Shown here piece after piece: positions 38,637 to 47,839 of a stretch of 64,000 nt of DNA. The DNA is from Bacteroidia bacterium (GTDB lineage: Bacteria; Bacteroidota; Bacteroidia; NS11-12g; UBA9320). The stretch's first letter is position 1. Each line of letters opens with the position of its first letter. Position numbers and translations under genes: made by a program. Under the pieces are notes generated by a model, which searched no databases, was not told the origin of the DNA, and saw only the letters and a list, made by a program, of their open reading frames with translations. The stretch covers positions 32,001 through 96,000 of the forward strand of contig CBDCFW010000001.1 in the NCBI GenBank assembly GCA_965216465.1, written 5' to 3'.

Positions 38637-40442
38637 TTAAATATCAGCGAGTTGAGACTTAACAAAGTCATTTAACTCCTTACCGGTTAAAAGATTTTGA
38701 TTCAACTTAGCCAAATTGACCACTTTCGTGATAATTTTCGGTTGTTCCTCATCATTTGACTCCAGCACTCTTTTGGCCAATGGATGATTCGTATTTAGGC
38801 TGATGACATACTTCTCAGGCATGTTTCCGAACATCGCCATTCCACCCATGCCTTGCATTTCGCTCATTCTTCTCTCCCACTCGCTTCGTGTAATGGTTAC
38901 AAAATCATCATTCGGACTCATTACACTTGTTTCAATTCCAAATTTCTCGGCATCAACGTGTGCTTCAAAGTTTGACTTCAACGCTGCAACATCATCATCA
39001 CTTAAAACACTTTCATTCTTCTCGTCTTTATCTATCAGTTTAGATAGAACATCAGCATCTACACGCTTCAATTGGAACTTCTCATTCTTCTGTTCTAGAT
39101 TCGAAATGAAATGGTTATCAATTATTTCATCCAGAACTAAAACGTCATAGCCTTTATCCTTAGCAGCTTCCACGTAACTATGCTGTGCATCTGCATCATT
39201 GGTATAAAGCCCAATTCTATTCCCATCCTTATCGGTTTGGTTAGCTGAAATTTGTTCTATATAGTTTTCGATGTTGGTGTGCTTATCGTCGGTGTTCTTT
39301 AATAAACAAATGTTTTTAGCACGATCATAGAATTTCTCGTCTGATATCATTCCATATTTCACAAACAAGCTAATATTCGACCATTTGGCCTCGAAATCTT
39401 CTTTGTCATTTTTATGAAGCTCAGTAAGCTTATCTGCAACCTTTTTGCTTATATGCGAAGTGATTTTCTTCACGGCACCATCCGCTTGAAGACTACTTCT
39501 ACTTACATTTAATGGTATATCTGGACTATCAATTACTCCATGCAATAGCATCAGATACTCCGGAACAATATCTTCTACATTGTCTGTTACATACACCTGG
39601 TTGCTGTACAGTTGAATCTTGTTTTTATTCGGATCAATATCTTTTTTGATTTTTGGGAAGTACAAAATTCCTGTCAGATTAAAAGGATAATCTACGTTTA
39701 AGTGAATCCAAAACAATGGAGGTTCACTCATGGGATACAGCTTGCTATAAAATTCGGTGTAATCTTCGTCTTTAAGCTCACTTGGACTTTTCTTCCATAA
39801 TGGAGCAGATTCATTAATTACTTGTTCATCAAACGTGATTGGAATCGGTAAGAACTTACAGTATTTGTTTAAAAGTTCTGAGATTTTATACTTGCTTAAG
39901 AATTCCGTACTATCCTCATTAATATGAAGTATAATATCCGTTCCTCTTTTTTTACGCTTGCCTTTTGTGATTTTAAAATCGGTTGAGCCTTCGCATGTCC
40001 ACTTAGCAGCTGACGCCCCTTCTTTATAACTGAGGGTGTTAATTTCCACCTTATCAGCAACCATAAAGCTCGAGTAGAATCCTAGTCCAAAATGACCAAT
40101 AATATTGGCATCTTCCTTGGCATCTTTAAACTTCTCAACGAACTCCTCTGCCCCACTAAACGCAATTTGATTGATATACTTGTCAATTTCATCGGCAGTC
40201 ATACCAATACCATTATCGCTAATGGTTAAAGTCTTATTCTCTTCATCGAGTTTTACTTCAATCCCTAATTCTCCCAGTTCACCCGAAACTTCGCCTCTTT
40301 GGCTCAATACTTTAATTTTTTGAGATGCATCTGTTGCATTTGAGATGAGCTCACGTAAGAAAATTTCGTGGTCTGTATAAAGAAACTTCTTGATGATCGG
40401 AAAGATGTTTTCCGTATTAACTGATACTTTTCCTTTTTGCAT
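38637..40442 (-). CDS. htpG: Molecular chaperone HtpG (Hsp90)
   Basis: IFLRELISNA.DA, DNGIGMT, IIGHFGLGFYS, DIPLNVSRS; start reassigned to ATG 40442. Confidence 0.96.
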   Translation of the reverse strand: MQKGKVSVNTENIFPIIKKFLYTDHEIFLRELISNATDASQKIKVLSQRGEVSGELGELGIEVKLDEENKTLTISDNGIGMTADEIDKYINQIAFSGAEEFVEKFKDAKEDANIIGHFGLGFYSSFMVADKVEINTLSYKEGASAAKWTCEGSTDFKITKGKRKKRGTDIILHINEDSTEFLSKYKISELLNKYCKFLPIPITFDEQVINESAPLWKKSPSELKDEDYTEFYSKLYPMSEPPLFWIHLNVDYPFNLTGILYFPKIKKDIDPNKNKIQLYSNQVYVTDNVEDIVPEYLMLLHGVIDSPDIPLNVSRSSLQADGAVKKITSHISKKVADKLTELHKNDKEDFEAKWSNISLFVKYGMISDEKFYDRAKNICLLKNTDDKHTNIENYIEQISANQTDKDGNRIGLYTNDADAQHSYVEAAKDKGYDVLVLDEIIDNHFISNLEQKNEKFQLKRVDADVLSKLIDKDEKNESVLSDDDVAALKSNFEAHVDAEKFGIETSVMSPNDDFVTITRSEWERRMSEMQGMGGMAMFGNMPEKYVISLNTNHPLAKRVLESNDEEQPKIITKVVNLAKLNQNLLTGKELNDFVKSQLADI

Positions 40443-40467
40443 GTTATCTAAATTCAGCCAATAATTG

Positions 40468-40482
40468 GCAAAACGCAGACCA
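40468..40482 (-). promoter_or_regulatory. Sigma54-like -24/-12 element upstream of htpG
   Basis: TGGTCTGCGTTTTGC on the - strand has canonical GG-N10-GC spacing; it overlaps a TAACTTTG housekeeping -7 motif at 40481-40488. Confidence 0.4.
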
Positions 40483-40516
40483 AAGTTAAAAAACTGACAA
40501 CATGACCTTAATTCAT

Positions 40517-40548
40517 AAAAAGTCCCCTCTACCAGTGGCAGAGAGGAC
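40517..40548 (-). terminator. Intrinsic terminator ending the 42304-40571 operon
   Basis: On the - strand, GTCCTCTCTGCC-ACT-GGTAGAGGGGAC-TTTTT. Confidence 0.75.
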
Positions 40549-40570
40549 ATTTATCCTTGTTTAAAAATAA

Positions 40571-40969
40571 CTACATTGGGTGACAATGAAAGTGTATCAC
40601 CTTTGTTTCTTTGGCTCCATCATGATTAGTTAATGCATCAATGGTTAAACTCATATCGCTATGTCCATCTACATCGTTAACCCACATTGCGTGAACGTGA
40701 ATCATATTGCCATCTTCGTGTCCATGTTTTGTAAACACTACGCTATCTTTTGTTTCATTCTTAATTGACAGGTTATAACCGTGCAGTTCGGACTCCCACG
40801 AAATCATACCCATAATATGTACCGTATCTCCTAAGCTGTATTGACTATGAACAATAGGACTAGAAAAGTCGAACTCAACCGCTGGAATTACGTCGTCATC
40901 TTTACATGATGAAATAGATACGGTTAAAGCAATTACTGCTAGAATTAGAATTTTATTGAATGTTTTCAT
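40571..40969 (-). CDS. His-rich small lipoprotein (DUF4625-like)
   Basis: Lipobox ISSC; ELHGY, HGHED, HVH, C-terminal HFHCHPM. Confidence 0.65.
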   Translation of the reverse strand: MKTFNKILILAVIALTVSISSCKDDDVIPAVEFDFSSPIVHSQYSLGDTVHIMGMISWESELHGYNLSIKNETKDSVVFTKHGHEDGNMIHVHAMWVNDVDGHSDMSLTIDALTNHDGAKETKVIHFHCHPM

Positions 40970-40973
40970 TTGA

Positions 40974-41882
40974 TTATTTTTCTTTTTTGTTAATGATAAA
41001 TAGTAATTGTGCTCTAATACTAGATAAAGGCTGAACGTAGCCTTCAGCTAGCCTACTGAACACGGGCAGTTCATAGCGTAATCGAGTTCCGAAGTTCTTG
41101 GTGTAGAAGTCGAGACCGATCGGAAGTTGAAGAGCATAGCCTCCGCTATAAACCTCCTTGATATTGTATGTGGTAGATTTTACATCTTTTGCTTGTTGAT
41201 TAAACTTAAGTCCAAATTGACCAACCAGCATTGATTTTGAAAGCTCTTTCTTGTATAGCGCTAAGCAAGTTAAGTCCATTTGGTTTCCATATTTATACCC
41301 CCAATAACCCGGGAAATTGATAGTATAATTTAACTCCGAATTCAAACCAATCTTATCTTTAAAATAAGTAAGATTAGAAGAAAGTAGACCGTCAAACGAC
41401 CCTGTTCCCGGTTGTAGGTTTGGTATTAAGACCGACCGATTCACTAGGATGTTGCTTTTTCCTGTAGGAAGCTTTACTCCAGCTCCAATGAAAGCTTTTA
41501 AATTTTCCGTCTTGACCAATCTATAACTGGCCAGAAGACTCAGGTCTCCAAATCCACTAAGGCTGTAGTTTGTTGTATCACTTATACTCTTTTGGTGATA
41601 TGGAGCAAATCCAAATAACTGAATACGATCGTTCAACTGGTACCTACCCCAGATTTCGTAGGTGGAATATGCATTGTTTCCATATACACGATCTTCATCC
41701 TCAAATAAACGAGGATGTTCCGTTTCAAACGTATTGTACCTATAGGTTAATCCTATAAAATGGAAACTACTGTTGGGTAAAAATCCGATACCCTGCATGC
41801 CGCTAACACCACCACATACGTCGCAAGCGTACACGCTATTTAACATAACGAGGGCAAGCCCCGTTATCCATAATTTTTTCAT
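40974..41882 (-). CDS. Putative outer-membrane beta-barrel ('transporter' family) with N-terminal CDVCG
   Basis: Signal peptide followed by CxxC; SGFGD, GVKLPTG, QPGTGSFD, YKYGNQ motifs. Confidence 0.7.
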   Translation of the reverse strand: MKKLWITGLALVMLNSVYACDVCGGVSGMQGIGFLPNSSFHFIGLTYRYNTFETEHPRLFEDEDRVYGNNAYSTYEIWGRYQLNDRIQLFGFAPYHQKSISDTTNYSLSGFGDLSLLASYRLVKTENLKAFIGAGVKLPTGKSNILVNRSVLIPNLQPGTGSFDGLLSSNLTYFKDKIGLNSELNYTINFPGYWGYKYGNQMDLTCLALYKKELSKSMLVGQFGLKFNQQAKDVKSTTYNIKEVYSGGYALQLPIGLDFYTKNFGTRLRYELPVFSRLAEGYVQPLSSIRAQLLFIINKKEK

Positions 41883-41932
41883 GTATTAAATGTTTAAGCT
41901 ATTATTTAAGAATTTAGCCGAAGCTATGGGTA

Positions 41933-42304
41933 TTAGCTTAAAATTGGTGGACGAATTATTGGTTGTTTGAAACCTTTAGTTTCGCCTTGATTGTATGGGA
42001 TAAAGTCAATTTCTAACCCGAAGTTAGAATAGGTTTCTAAACTATCCTCCGGAACAATAAAGTTTAGCACTTCAATAGAACCCGTAAATTCAGGTTCTTG
42101 GTCCTGAGTAGGTGTTTCACTTAGTGAAAGTGTTTTATTTAACTCACAATTCCCTTGACAGGTATTTTTTTCAAGGTCTTTTTCTAAACAAAGTTGCTTT
42201 ACGATTTCCGACTTATTAATTCCATACCAAGCAATGGCTCCAACCTTAAAGAAAAAGCTGCTCGATAGCACCAAAGCAAGACATATGGCAAGCGTAGATC
42301 GCAT
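41933..42304 (-). CDS. Small Cys-containing hypothetical protein of the type found upstream of Bacteroidota metal-uptake genes
   Basis: N-terminal hydrophobic segment; LC.EKD….CQGNCEL; C-terminal IIRPP. Confidence 0.6.
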   Translation of the reverse strand: MRSTLAICLALVLSSSFFFKVGAIAWYGINKSEIVKQLCLEKDLEKNTCQGNCELNKTLSLSETPTQDQEPEFTGSIEVLNFIVPEDSLETYSNFGLEIDFIPYNQGETKGFKQPIIRPPILS

Positions 42305-42422
42305 TTAAGATACAAAGTTATTCCAATTGTTTTGGAAGTATACTTTCAGTGTGTAATATTCATCACATTTGCGAATGACATTTACCTTTTTTTAAGTTTT
42401 TCTTGCTTTGTATTTTTCTTTT

Positions 42423-42440
42423 ATCGTAATATTGCAATAT
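42423..42440. promoter_or_regulatory. Putative ArsR operator
   Basis: Imperfect palindrome ATCGTAATATTGCAAT overlapping the perfect palindrome ATATTGCAATAT, directly before the arsR ATG. Confidence 0.55.
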
Positions 42441-42446
42441 ATAATT

Positions 42447-42776
42447 ATGGGAGTTACCAAATCAGACATATTTACCGATCAACAAAATCGATTGGCGACC
42501 GTTGCTAAGGTGCTTGGTCATCCCGCACGAATTGCAATTCTCGAATACATTATTCAACAGAATTCGTGCATTTGTGGCGACTTAGTTGATGAAATTGGTC
42601 TTGCACAAGCTACTATCTCTCAGCACCTTAAAGAGCTCAAGAACATTGGAATCATTAAAGGTTCGATTGAAGGTACCAGCGTTTGTTACTGCATTAACCA
42701 AGAGACATGGAATGAGGTAAATGACCTGCTTGCTAACTTTTTTAAACTACAATTTAACTCAATCAATTGCTGCTAA
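42447..42776 (+). CDS. arsR: ArsR/SmtB family transcriptional regulator
   Basis: LGHPARIAIL, CICGDL, LAQATISQHLKELK, VCYC, terminal CC. Confidence 0.88.
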   Translation: MGVTKSDIFTDQQNRLATVAKVLGHPARIAILEYIIQQNSCICGDLVDEIGLAQATISQHLKELKNIGIIKGSIEGTSVCYCINQETWNEVNDLLANFFKLQFNSINCC

Positions 42777-42780
42777 ATTT

Positions 42781-43260
42781 ATGAAGCTATCTGAACTACA
42801 AAACGCACTAGAAAGTCTAGATCACGTTAATTTCATTCTTCCTGATGGAAGCTTTGTTCCTCGACACTACCACCTTACTGAAATTGGTTTAAGCACAAAG
42901 GAATTTATTGACTGCGGAACGCAACGCCACTCCGTAAAAAAAGTAACCCTGCAACTCTGGGTAAATGTCGATTACGATCATCGTCTAAAGGCCGACAAGT
43001 TTCAACGCATAATCAATAGCTCTTCTGCCCTATTTAATGGCGAAGACCTTGATGTTGAAGTTGAATATCAAAGTCAAACCGTCGGCAAATACAATCTTGA
43101 CTTCGACGGTCATAACTTCCGCTTACTCACAACTAAAACAGATTGTTTGGCCACTGAACTTTGTGGAATAGACAGTATTAAATCAAAAAAGAAAGTATCT
43201 CTGGCTACTCTCTCTCCTAGTGCAGAATCTTGCTGCACTCCCGGAGGAGGATGTTGTTAA
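42781..43260 (+). CDS. DUF6428 family protein (ars-operon associated)
   Basis: VP.HYHLTEIG….FIDCG, QLW…DYDHRL, C-terminal CCTPGGGCC. Confidence 0.75.
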   Translation: MKLSELQNALESLDHVNFILPDGSFVPRHYHLTEIGLSTKEFIDCGTQRHSVKKVTLQLWVNVDYDHRLKADKFQRIINSSSALFNGEDLDVEVEYQSQTVGKYNLDFDGHNFRLLTTKTDCLATELCGIDSIKSKKKVSLATLSPSAESCCTPGGGCC

Positions 43261-43266
43261 TCAATC

Positions 43267-43872
43267 ATGCATGATCAACTATTAAAATTTGTTTCGAGCC
43301 TCTCGTTCGATTCAATTTCTGAGGAAAGAAGGGCAGATCTGCACCAGCTTTCCAATTACATAAAGCAAAAAAAATCTGCAAACGAAATAGTTCAACTCAA
43401 TTTCATTTGCACACATAATTCAAGAAGAAGTCACTTGGGCCAAATTTGGGCTCAAGTGGCTGCTTACCACTATGGCGTTGTCCATGTTTTTTGCTATTCA
43501 GGAGGAACTGAAGCAACTGCCATGTTCCCAAAAATTGCCGAAACGCTCACCAACACTGGCTTTAAAATTACAGCAGAAGACAATATCTCAAACCCAAAGT
43601 ATGCCATTCAATTTGCTACCAATGCAGAGCCTATTACCGCATTTTCTAAAGTTTATGATGATGAATTCAATCCAAAGAGCAACTTTGCAGCTATTATGAC
43701 CTGTGATCATGCCGATGCAAATTGTCCTTTTATTCCCGGAGCTGAAGCACGCATTTCACTAACCTATGAAGACCCTAAGGCATTTGATAATTCTCCTTTA
43801 CAAAATGAAAAATACGCTGAGCGATCTAAACAAATTGCAACCGAGCTGTTTTATGCATTTTCAATTCTATAA
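43267..43872 (+). CDS. LMW-PTP-fold arsenate reductase-like protein
   Basis: FICTHNSRRS P-loop, SGGTEATA, MTCDHADANCP, YEDPK. Confidence 0.85.
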   Translation: MHDQLLKFVSSLSFDSISEERRADLHQLSNYIKQKKSANEIVQLNFICTHNSRRSHLGQIWAQVAAYHYGVVHVFCYSGGTEATAMFPKIAETLTNTGFKITAEDNISNPKYAIQFATNAEPITAFSKVYDDEFNPKSNFAAIMTCDHADANCPFIPGAEARISLTYEDPKAFDNSPLQNEKYAERSKQIATELFYAFSIL

Positions 43873-43875
43873 TTC

Positions 43876-44904
43876 ATGAAGAAAAAATTAAGCTTTTTAG
43901 ATTCTTACCTTACCCTTTGGATATTTATAGCCATGGCCATTGGTGTTGGTTTGGGGTACTTTTTCCCAAGTATACCAGATGTTATTAACTCTTACAGTTC
44001 AGGCTCAACGAATATCCCTATTGCAATTGGATTAATTCTGATGATGTATCCTCCCTTAGCAAAGGTCGATTACAAGCTTCTTCCCAAAGTATTTAAGAAT
44101 GTCAAAATCCTTTCTATATCACTGATACTGAATTGGGTGATTGGTCCTGTTTTAATGTTTGTTTTGGCACTTACGTTTCTTCAAGACTATCCTGAATATA
44201 TGGTGGGCTTGATTTTAATCGGTCTGGCAAGATGTATTGCGATGGTTTTAGTATGGAACGACCTAGCAGAAGGAAGTAGCGAATATGGTGCAGGACTAGT
44301 AGCGCTAAATAGCATATTTCAGGTTTTTGCATACAGTTTTTATGCATGGCTATTCATCACCAAACTTCCTCCATTGTTTGGGTTTGACGGGGCCATTGTC
44401 GACATTTCAATAGCTACAATAGCAGAAAGCGTTGCGATTTACTTAGGAATTCCATTTTTAGCAGGAATGCTCACCCGTTTAATCTTGGTCAAGCAAAAAG
44501 GAGAAGAATGGTACACTAAGAAGTTTATTCCTTCAATCTCTCCAATGACTCTGATAGCCTTGTTATTTACAATTGTTGTTATGTTCTCATTGAAAGGAGA
44601 ATTAATTGTAACCATACCATTTGATGTGCTACTAATTGCAGTTCCATTATTGCTTTACTTTACCATTATGTTCATCATTGGCTTCTTTTTCAGTAAAGCC
44701 ATGGGTGCTGAGTACGATAAGAATGCATCTATAGCATTTACCGCAGCCGGCAACAACTTTGAGTTAGCTATTGCGGTTGCCATTGCTGTGTTTGGATTAA
44801 ACTCAGGACAGGCGTTTGCAGGTGTTATAGGACCGCTCGTTGAAGTGCCTGCGTTAATTCTATTGGTGCGTGTGGCATTCTGGTTAAAAAAGAAGTACTA
44901 TTGA
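43876..44904 (+). CDS. acr3: ACR3 family arsenite efflux transporter
   Basis: [37 protein letters not shown]. Confidence 0.95.
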   Translation: MKKKLSFLDSYLTLWIFIAMAIGVGLGYFFPSIPDVINSYSSGSTNIPIAIGLILMMYPPLAKVDYKLLPKVFKNVKILSISLILNWVIGPVLMFVLALTFLQDYPEYMVGLILIGLARCIAMVLVWNDLAEGSSEYGAGLVALNSIFQVFAYSFYAWLFITKLPPLFGFDGAIVDISIATIAESVAIYLGIPFLAGMLTRLILVKQKGEEWYTKKFIPSISPMTLIALLFTIVVMFSLKGELIVTIPFDVLLIAVPLLLYFTIMFIIGFFFSKAMGAEYDKNASIAFTAAGNNFELAIAVAIAVFGLNSGQAFAGVIGPLVEVPALILLVRVAFWLKKKYY

Positions 44905-44976
44905 CTTTACTCATATTCGAGGCTGATATTCTGAATTGGTCATTATCTTACAGTAAGATTTATTTACTTTGCCGCA

Positions 44977-45937
44977 ATGAGTGCAAGACGCGAAGAGCTG
45001 CTTAAAGCTATTGACGAAAAATATAAGGCAATGGGACAAGATCCAGATGTTCATTTATCTGGCCTTCTACATGCAGAACCTATGAAGTACTGGGATTTTA
45101 TTCAAGTGGATGCCCTTTTAGGTTTGCAAACCCAACGTACCCAACTTCCTGATGAAATGGTGTTTATCATGTACCATCAAATCAATGAATTGTTGTTTAA
45201 AATGATTTTGTGGGAAATGGGTCAAATATCTCACACTGAAGATATTAAGCCTGAAAAATTTACCATGCACTTGATGCGTATTTCGCGTTATTTCGACATC
45301 CTTTCAGACTCGTTCGATGTTATGGGAGAAGGTATGGAGCTTGAACAATACATGAAGTTCCGCGATACCTTAACTCCTGCTAGTGGATTTCAATCAGCTC
45401 AATACAGAATGATTGAAATTGCTTCCACGGAATTAATCAACTTAATCGACAACCGATTTAGAGCTACTATCGACCGTAACACGCCTGTATGAGCATGCTT
45501 TTGAGCACATGTATTGGCAAGCGGCTGGTAAAGACTATGATACTGGCAAGAAGAGCAAGTTAATGACCAACTTCGAAGAGAAGTACAAGAAAAAACTTAT
45601 CGATCATATGATCGAATTCAATACCGTTAATCTTTGGACCAAGTTTAAACAACTTCCTCAAGACTACCAACAGAATATTGACCTTGTGAATGCCATGCGT
45701 CATTACGACCAGACTGTGAATGTGAGCTGGACAATGCATCACTTAAATGCGGCTAAAAAGTATTTAGGTGATTCTGAAGCTACCGGCGGAAGCGATTGGC
45801 AGAAATACATGCATCCTAAATACCAAAGAAGAATTTTCTTCCCAGGTCTATGGTCTCAAGAGGAGCTTGACGGTTGGGGCATTGACAATCTTGATGGTTG
45901 CAAGGTGCTTACCGAGCTACACTCCAAACTGAGTTAG
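44977..45937 (+). pseudogene. Tryptophan 2,3-dioxygenase family gene split by a +1 frameshift (real lesion or sequencing error)
   Basis: YWDFIQVDALL, FIMYHQINEL, LTPASGFQSAQYR in ORF1; YWQAAG, ATGGSDW.KYMHP in ORF2; removing one base at 45486-45487 gives a continuous TPYEHAFEHMYWQ. Confidence 0.8.
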
Positions 45938-46378
45938 ATGATGGTCTAAGTGTTTGGCGTACATCACATTCCATTCTTCTGCGGTCAACACACCAAAACT
46001 GTGGTATTCTTTGCCTTCAAAGTGACCACTTCCTAAATCGTGAAATTGATTGATAAAGTTAATTAACCTGGCTTTTTCAGCTTCAAAATTCTTTTCCAAG
46101 GTTTGCTTAAAATCAGGTCCGGTAGGGGAATTTCTTTTATAGGGCTGAGTTCCAACAGTGCCTTTCTTCAAAAACATGCGCAACAACTTTTGCTTGATTT
46201 TACCTGGCCATGCATACTTCCCGCGTTCAAATTCATATTCGAAAGGCACATTGCAGTGTGCAAGCATCTGAGAAACAGACATTTTACCCCATTGCGGCTG
46301 GGTCGAATCGGTTAACGAATCTATCCTAGTAATTACTTGATTTTTCTCTTCTGGGTTGTATAGATTCGGAATACTCAT
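45917..46378 (-). CDS. DUF1569 (DinB-like) protein
   Basis: PQWGKMSVSQMLAHC, HSFG.LT.EEW….KHLDHHLTQFGV. Confidence 0.85.
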   Translation of the reverse strand: MSIPNLYNPEEKNQVITRIDSLTDSTQPQWGKMSVSQMLAHCNVPFEYEFERGKYAWPGKIKQKLLRMFLKKGTVGTQPYKRNSPTGPDFKQTLEKNFEAEKARLINFINQFHDLGSGHFEGKEYHSFGVLTAEEWNVMYAKHLDHHLTQFGV

Positions 46379-47709
46379 TACAATAATTCGTTTGCTAAGT
46401 TAGCCAATTCACTTCTTTCACCTTTTTCAAGGTTAACGTGACAGAATAAAGGATGGTTCTTTACCTTATCAATTAAGTATGAAAGTCCATTACTTTCTGC
46501 ATCAAGATATGGGGTGTCAATTTGGTTGATATCTCCGGTAAAGACAATCTTGGTGTTTTCACCAGCACGGGTGATAATCGTTTTAATCTCGTGCGGAGTT
46601 AGGTTCTGAGCCTCATCTACAATAAAAAACACATTGCTTAAGGTACGACCTCTAATGTAGGCGAGCGGAGCAATAGCAATCTTCTCTGACTGAACCATTT
46701 CGTTAATACGCTTAAACTCTTTGTCAGTCTCTTTGTATTGGCTTTTAATGAACTTTAAGTTGTCCCAAATAGGTTGCATGTATGGGTCAACTTTTGCGTT
46801 AGCATCACCGGGCAAGAATCCAATATCTTTATTGCTTAAGGGTACAATCGGCCTCGTAATATAAATTTGATGAAAACTGCTTCGTTGTTCTAACGCTGCT
46901 GCAAGAGCCATAAGCGTTTTACCTGTTCCTGCTACACCGCGTAGTGTAATCAACTTAATCTCTGGATCTAAAAGTGCATGAATAGCAAAGGCTTGCTCTG
47001 CATTTCTTGGTTTGATCTTATAAACCGTTCTTTTCTCTACACGCTCAACCAGATTCTCCTTAGAGTTATAGTAACCCAGAGCAGATTTCTTACCGTTGTT
47101 TAGAATCAAAAAATGATTGTACGGCAGCTTCTTCTTAGTAACACTTTTTATAGGAATATTCTCCTCGCTAAACAATTGGTCTATCACTTCAGACTCGATA
47201 TCAGGCATTATCGATTTTCCGGTGTATAGTTTATCGACATCAGCAACTTTTCCTGTTTGGTAATCTTCTGCGTTCAGATTAAATGCTTTAGCCTTTACCC
47301 GCAAACAGATGTCTTTAGATACCAATACCACCATTCTCTTAGGATTCTCCTGTTGAAGGGATAAAGCAGCGTTAATAATCTTGTTATCGTTTTTGTAGTC
47401 ATCGAATGTGTCTGCCGCATTGTTTTTAAGCCCTGCTATCTCTTTAACTACTTTAAGCTTCCCCTTACTCTTCCCTCCTATTTTAACCCAATTGTTGAGC
47501 AGTGAATCAGAAGAAATGGTATTCAAGAATCGTATAAAACTGCGGGCTTCATAATTCTTTGAATCACCCCCTTTTTTAAATGTGTCGAGTTCTTCTAGTA
47601 CTTGAATCGGAATCGCAACATCATTGTCGACGAAGTTATATATTGAGTTATGATCGTAAAGAATAACAGAAGTATCCAATACGAAAATCTTTTTCTTGCT
47701 AGCAGCCAT
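46378..47709 (-). CDS. PhoH family protein with N-terminal PIN domain (PhoH2)
   Basis: FVLDTSVILYD, VLEELD, LVSKDICLR; G.AGTGKT, GFLPG, RGRTL, DEAQN, GDINQID. Confidence 0.92.
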   Translation of the reverse strand: MAASKKKIFVLDTSVILYDHNSIYNFVDNDVAIPIQVLEELDTFKKGGDSKNYEARSFIRFLNTISSDSLLNNWVKIGGKSKGKLKVVKEIAGLKNNAADTFDDYKNDNKIINAALSLQQENPKRMVVLVSKDICLRVKAKAFNLNAEDYQTGKVADVDKLYTGKSIMPDIESEVIDQLFSEENIPIKSVTKKKLPYNHFLILNNGKKSALGYYNSKENLVERVEKRTVYKIKPRNAEQAFAIHALLDPEIKLITLRGVAGTGKTLMALAAALEQRSSFHQIYITRPIVPLSNKDIGFLPGDANAKVDPYMQPIWDNLKFIKSQYKETDKEFKRINEMVQSEKIAIAPLAYIRGRTLSNVFFIVDEAQNLTPHEIKTIITRAGENTKIVFTGDINQIDTPYLDAESNGLSYLIDKVKNHPLFCHVNLEKGERSELANLANELL

Positions 47710-47785
47710 ATATTATTAACTGCAAGTTAGCAACTACGCCGTAATTGAACCTAAATGTTATTTAGATGTAAATAACTCTTATAAT

Positions 47786-47818
47786 AAAAAAGGCTCAGGA
47801 ATATTCCCGAGCCTTTTT
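47786..47818 (-). terminator. Intrinsic terminator after the Na/Pi cotransporter gene
   Basis: A6-GGCTC…GAGCC-T5 hairpin. Confidence 0.8.
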
Positions 47819-47839
47819 AGGTTTTATAAAAAATTACCT

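Noticed and set aside
40443-40550. 36-aa N-terminal extension of HtpG in the ORF track
   Set aside because: It overlaps a terminator and promoter motifs, and HtpG similarity starts at MQKGKVSV. Similar over-long starts were trimmed for other genes.
45481-45495. Programmed +1 frameshift like prfB
   Set aside because: There is no CTT-TGA slip site or internal Shine-Dalgarno, and tRNA re-pairing from GTA to TAT is poor.
45490-45504. Selenocysteine or stop readthrough at the TDO TGA
   Set aside because: Readthrough meets another TGA four codons later, and the C-terminal half is in a different frame.
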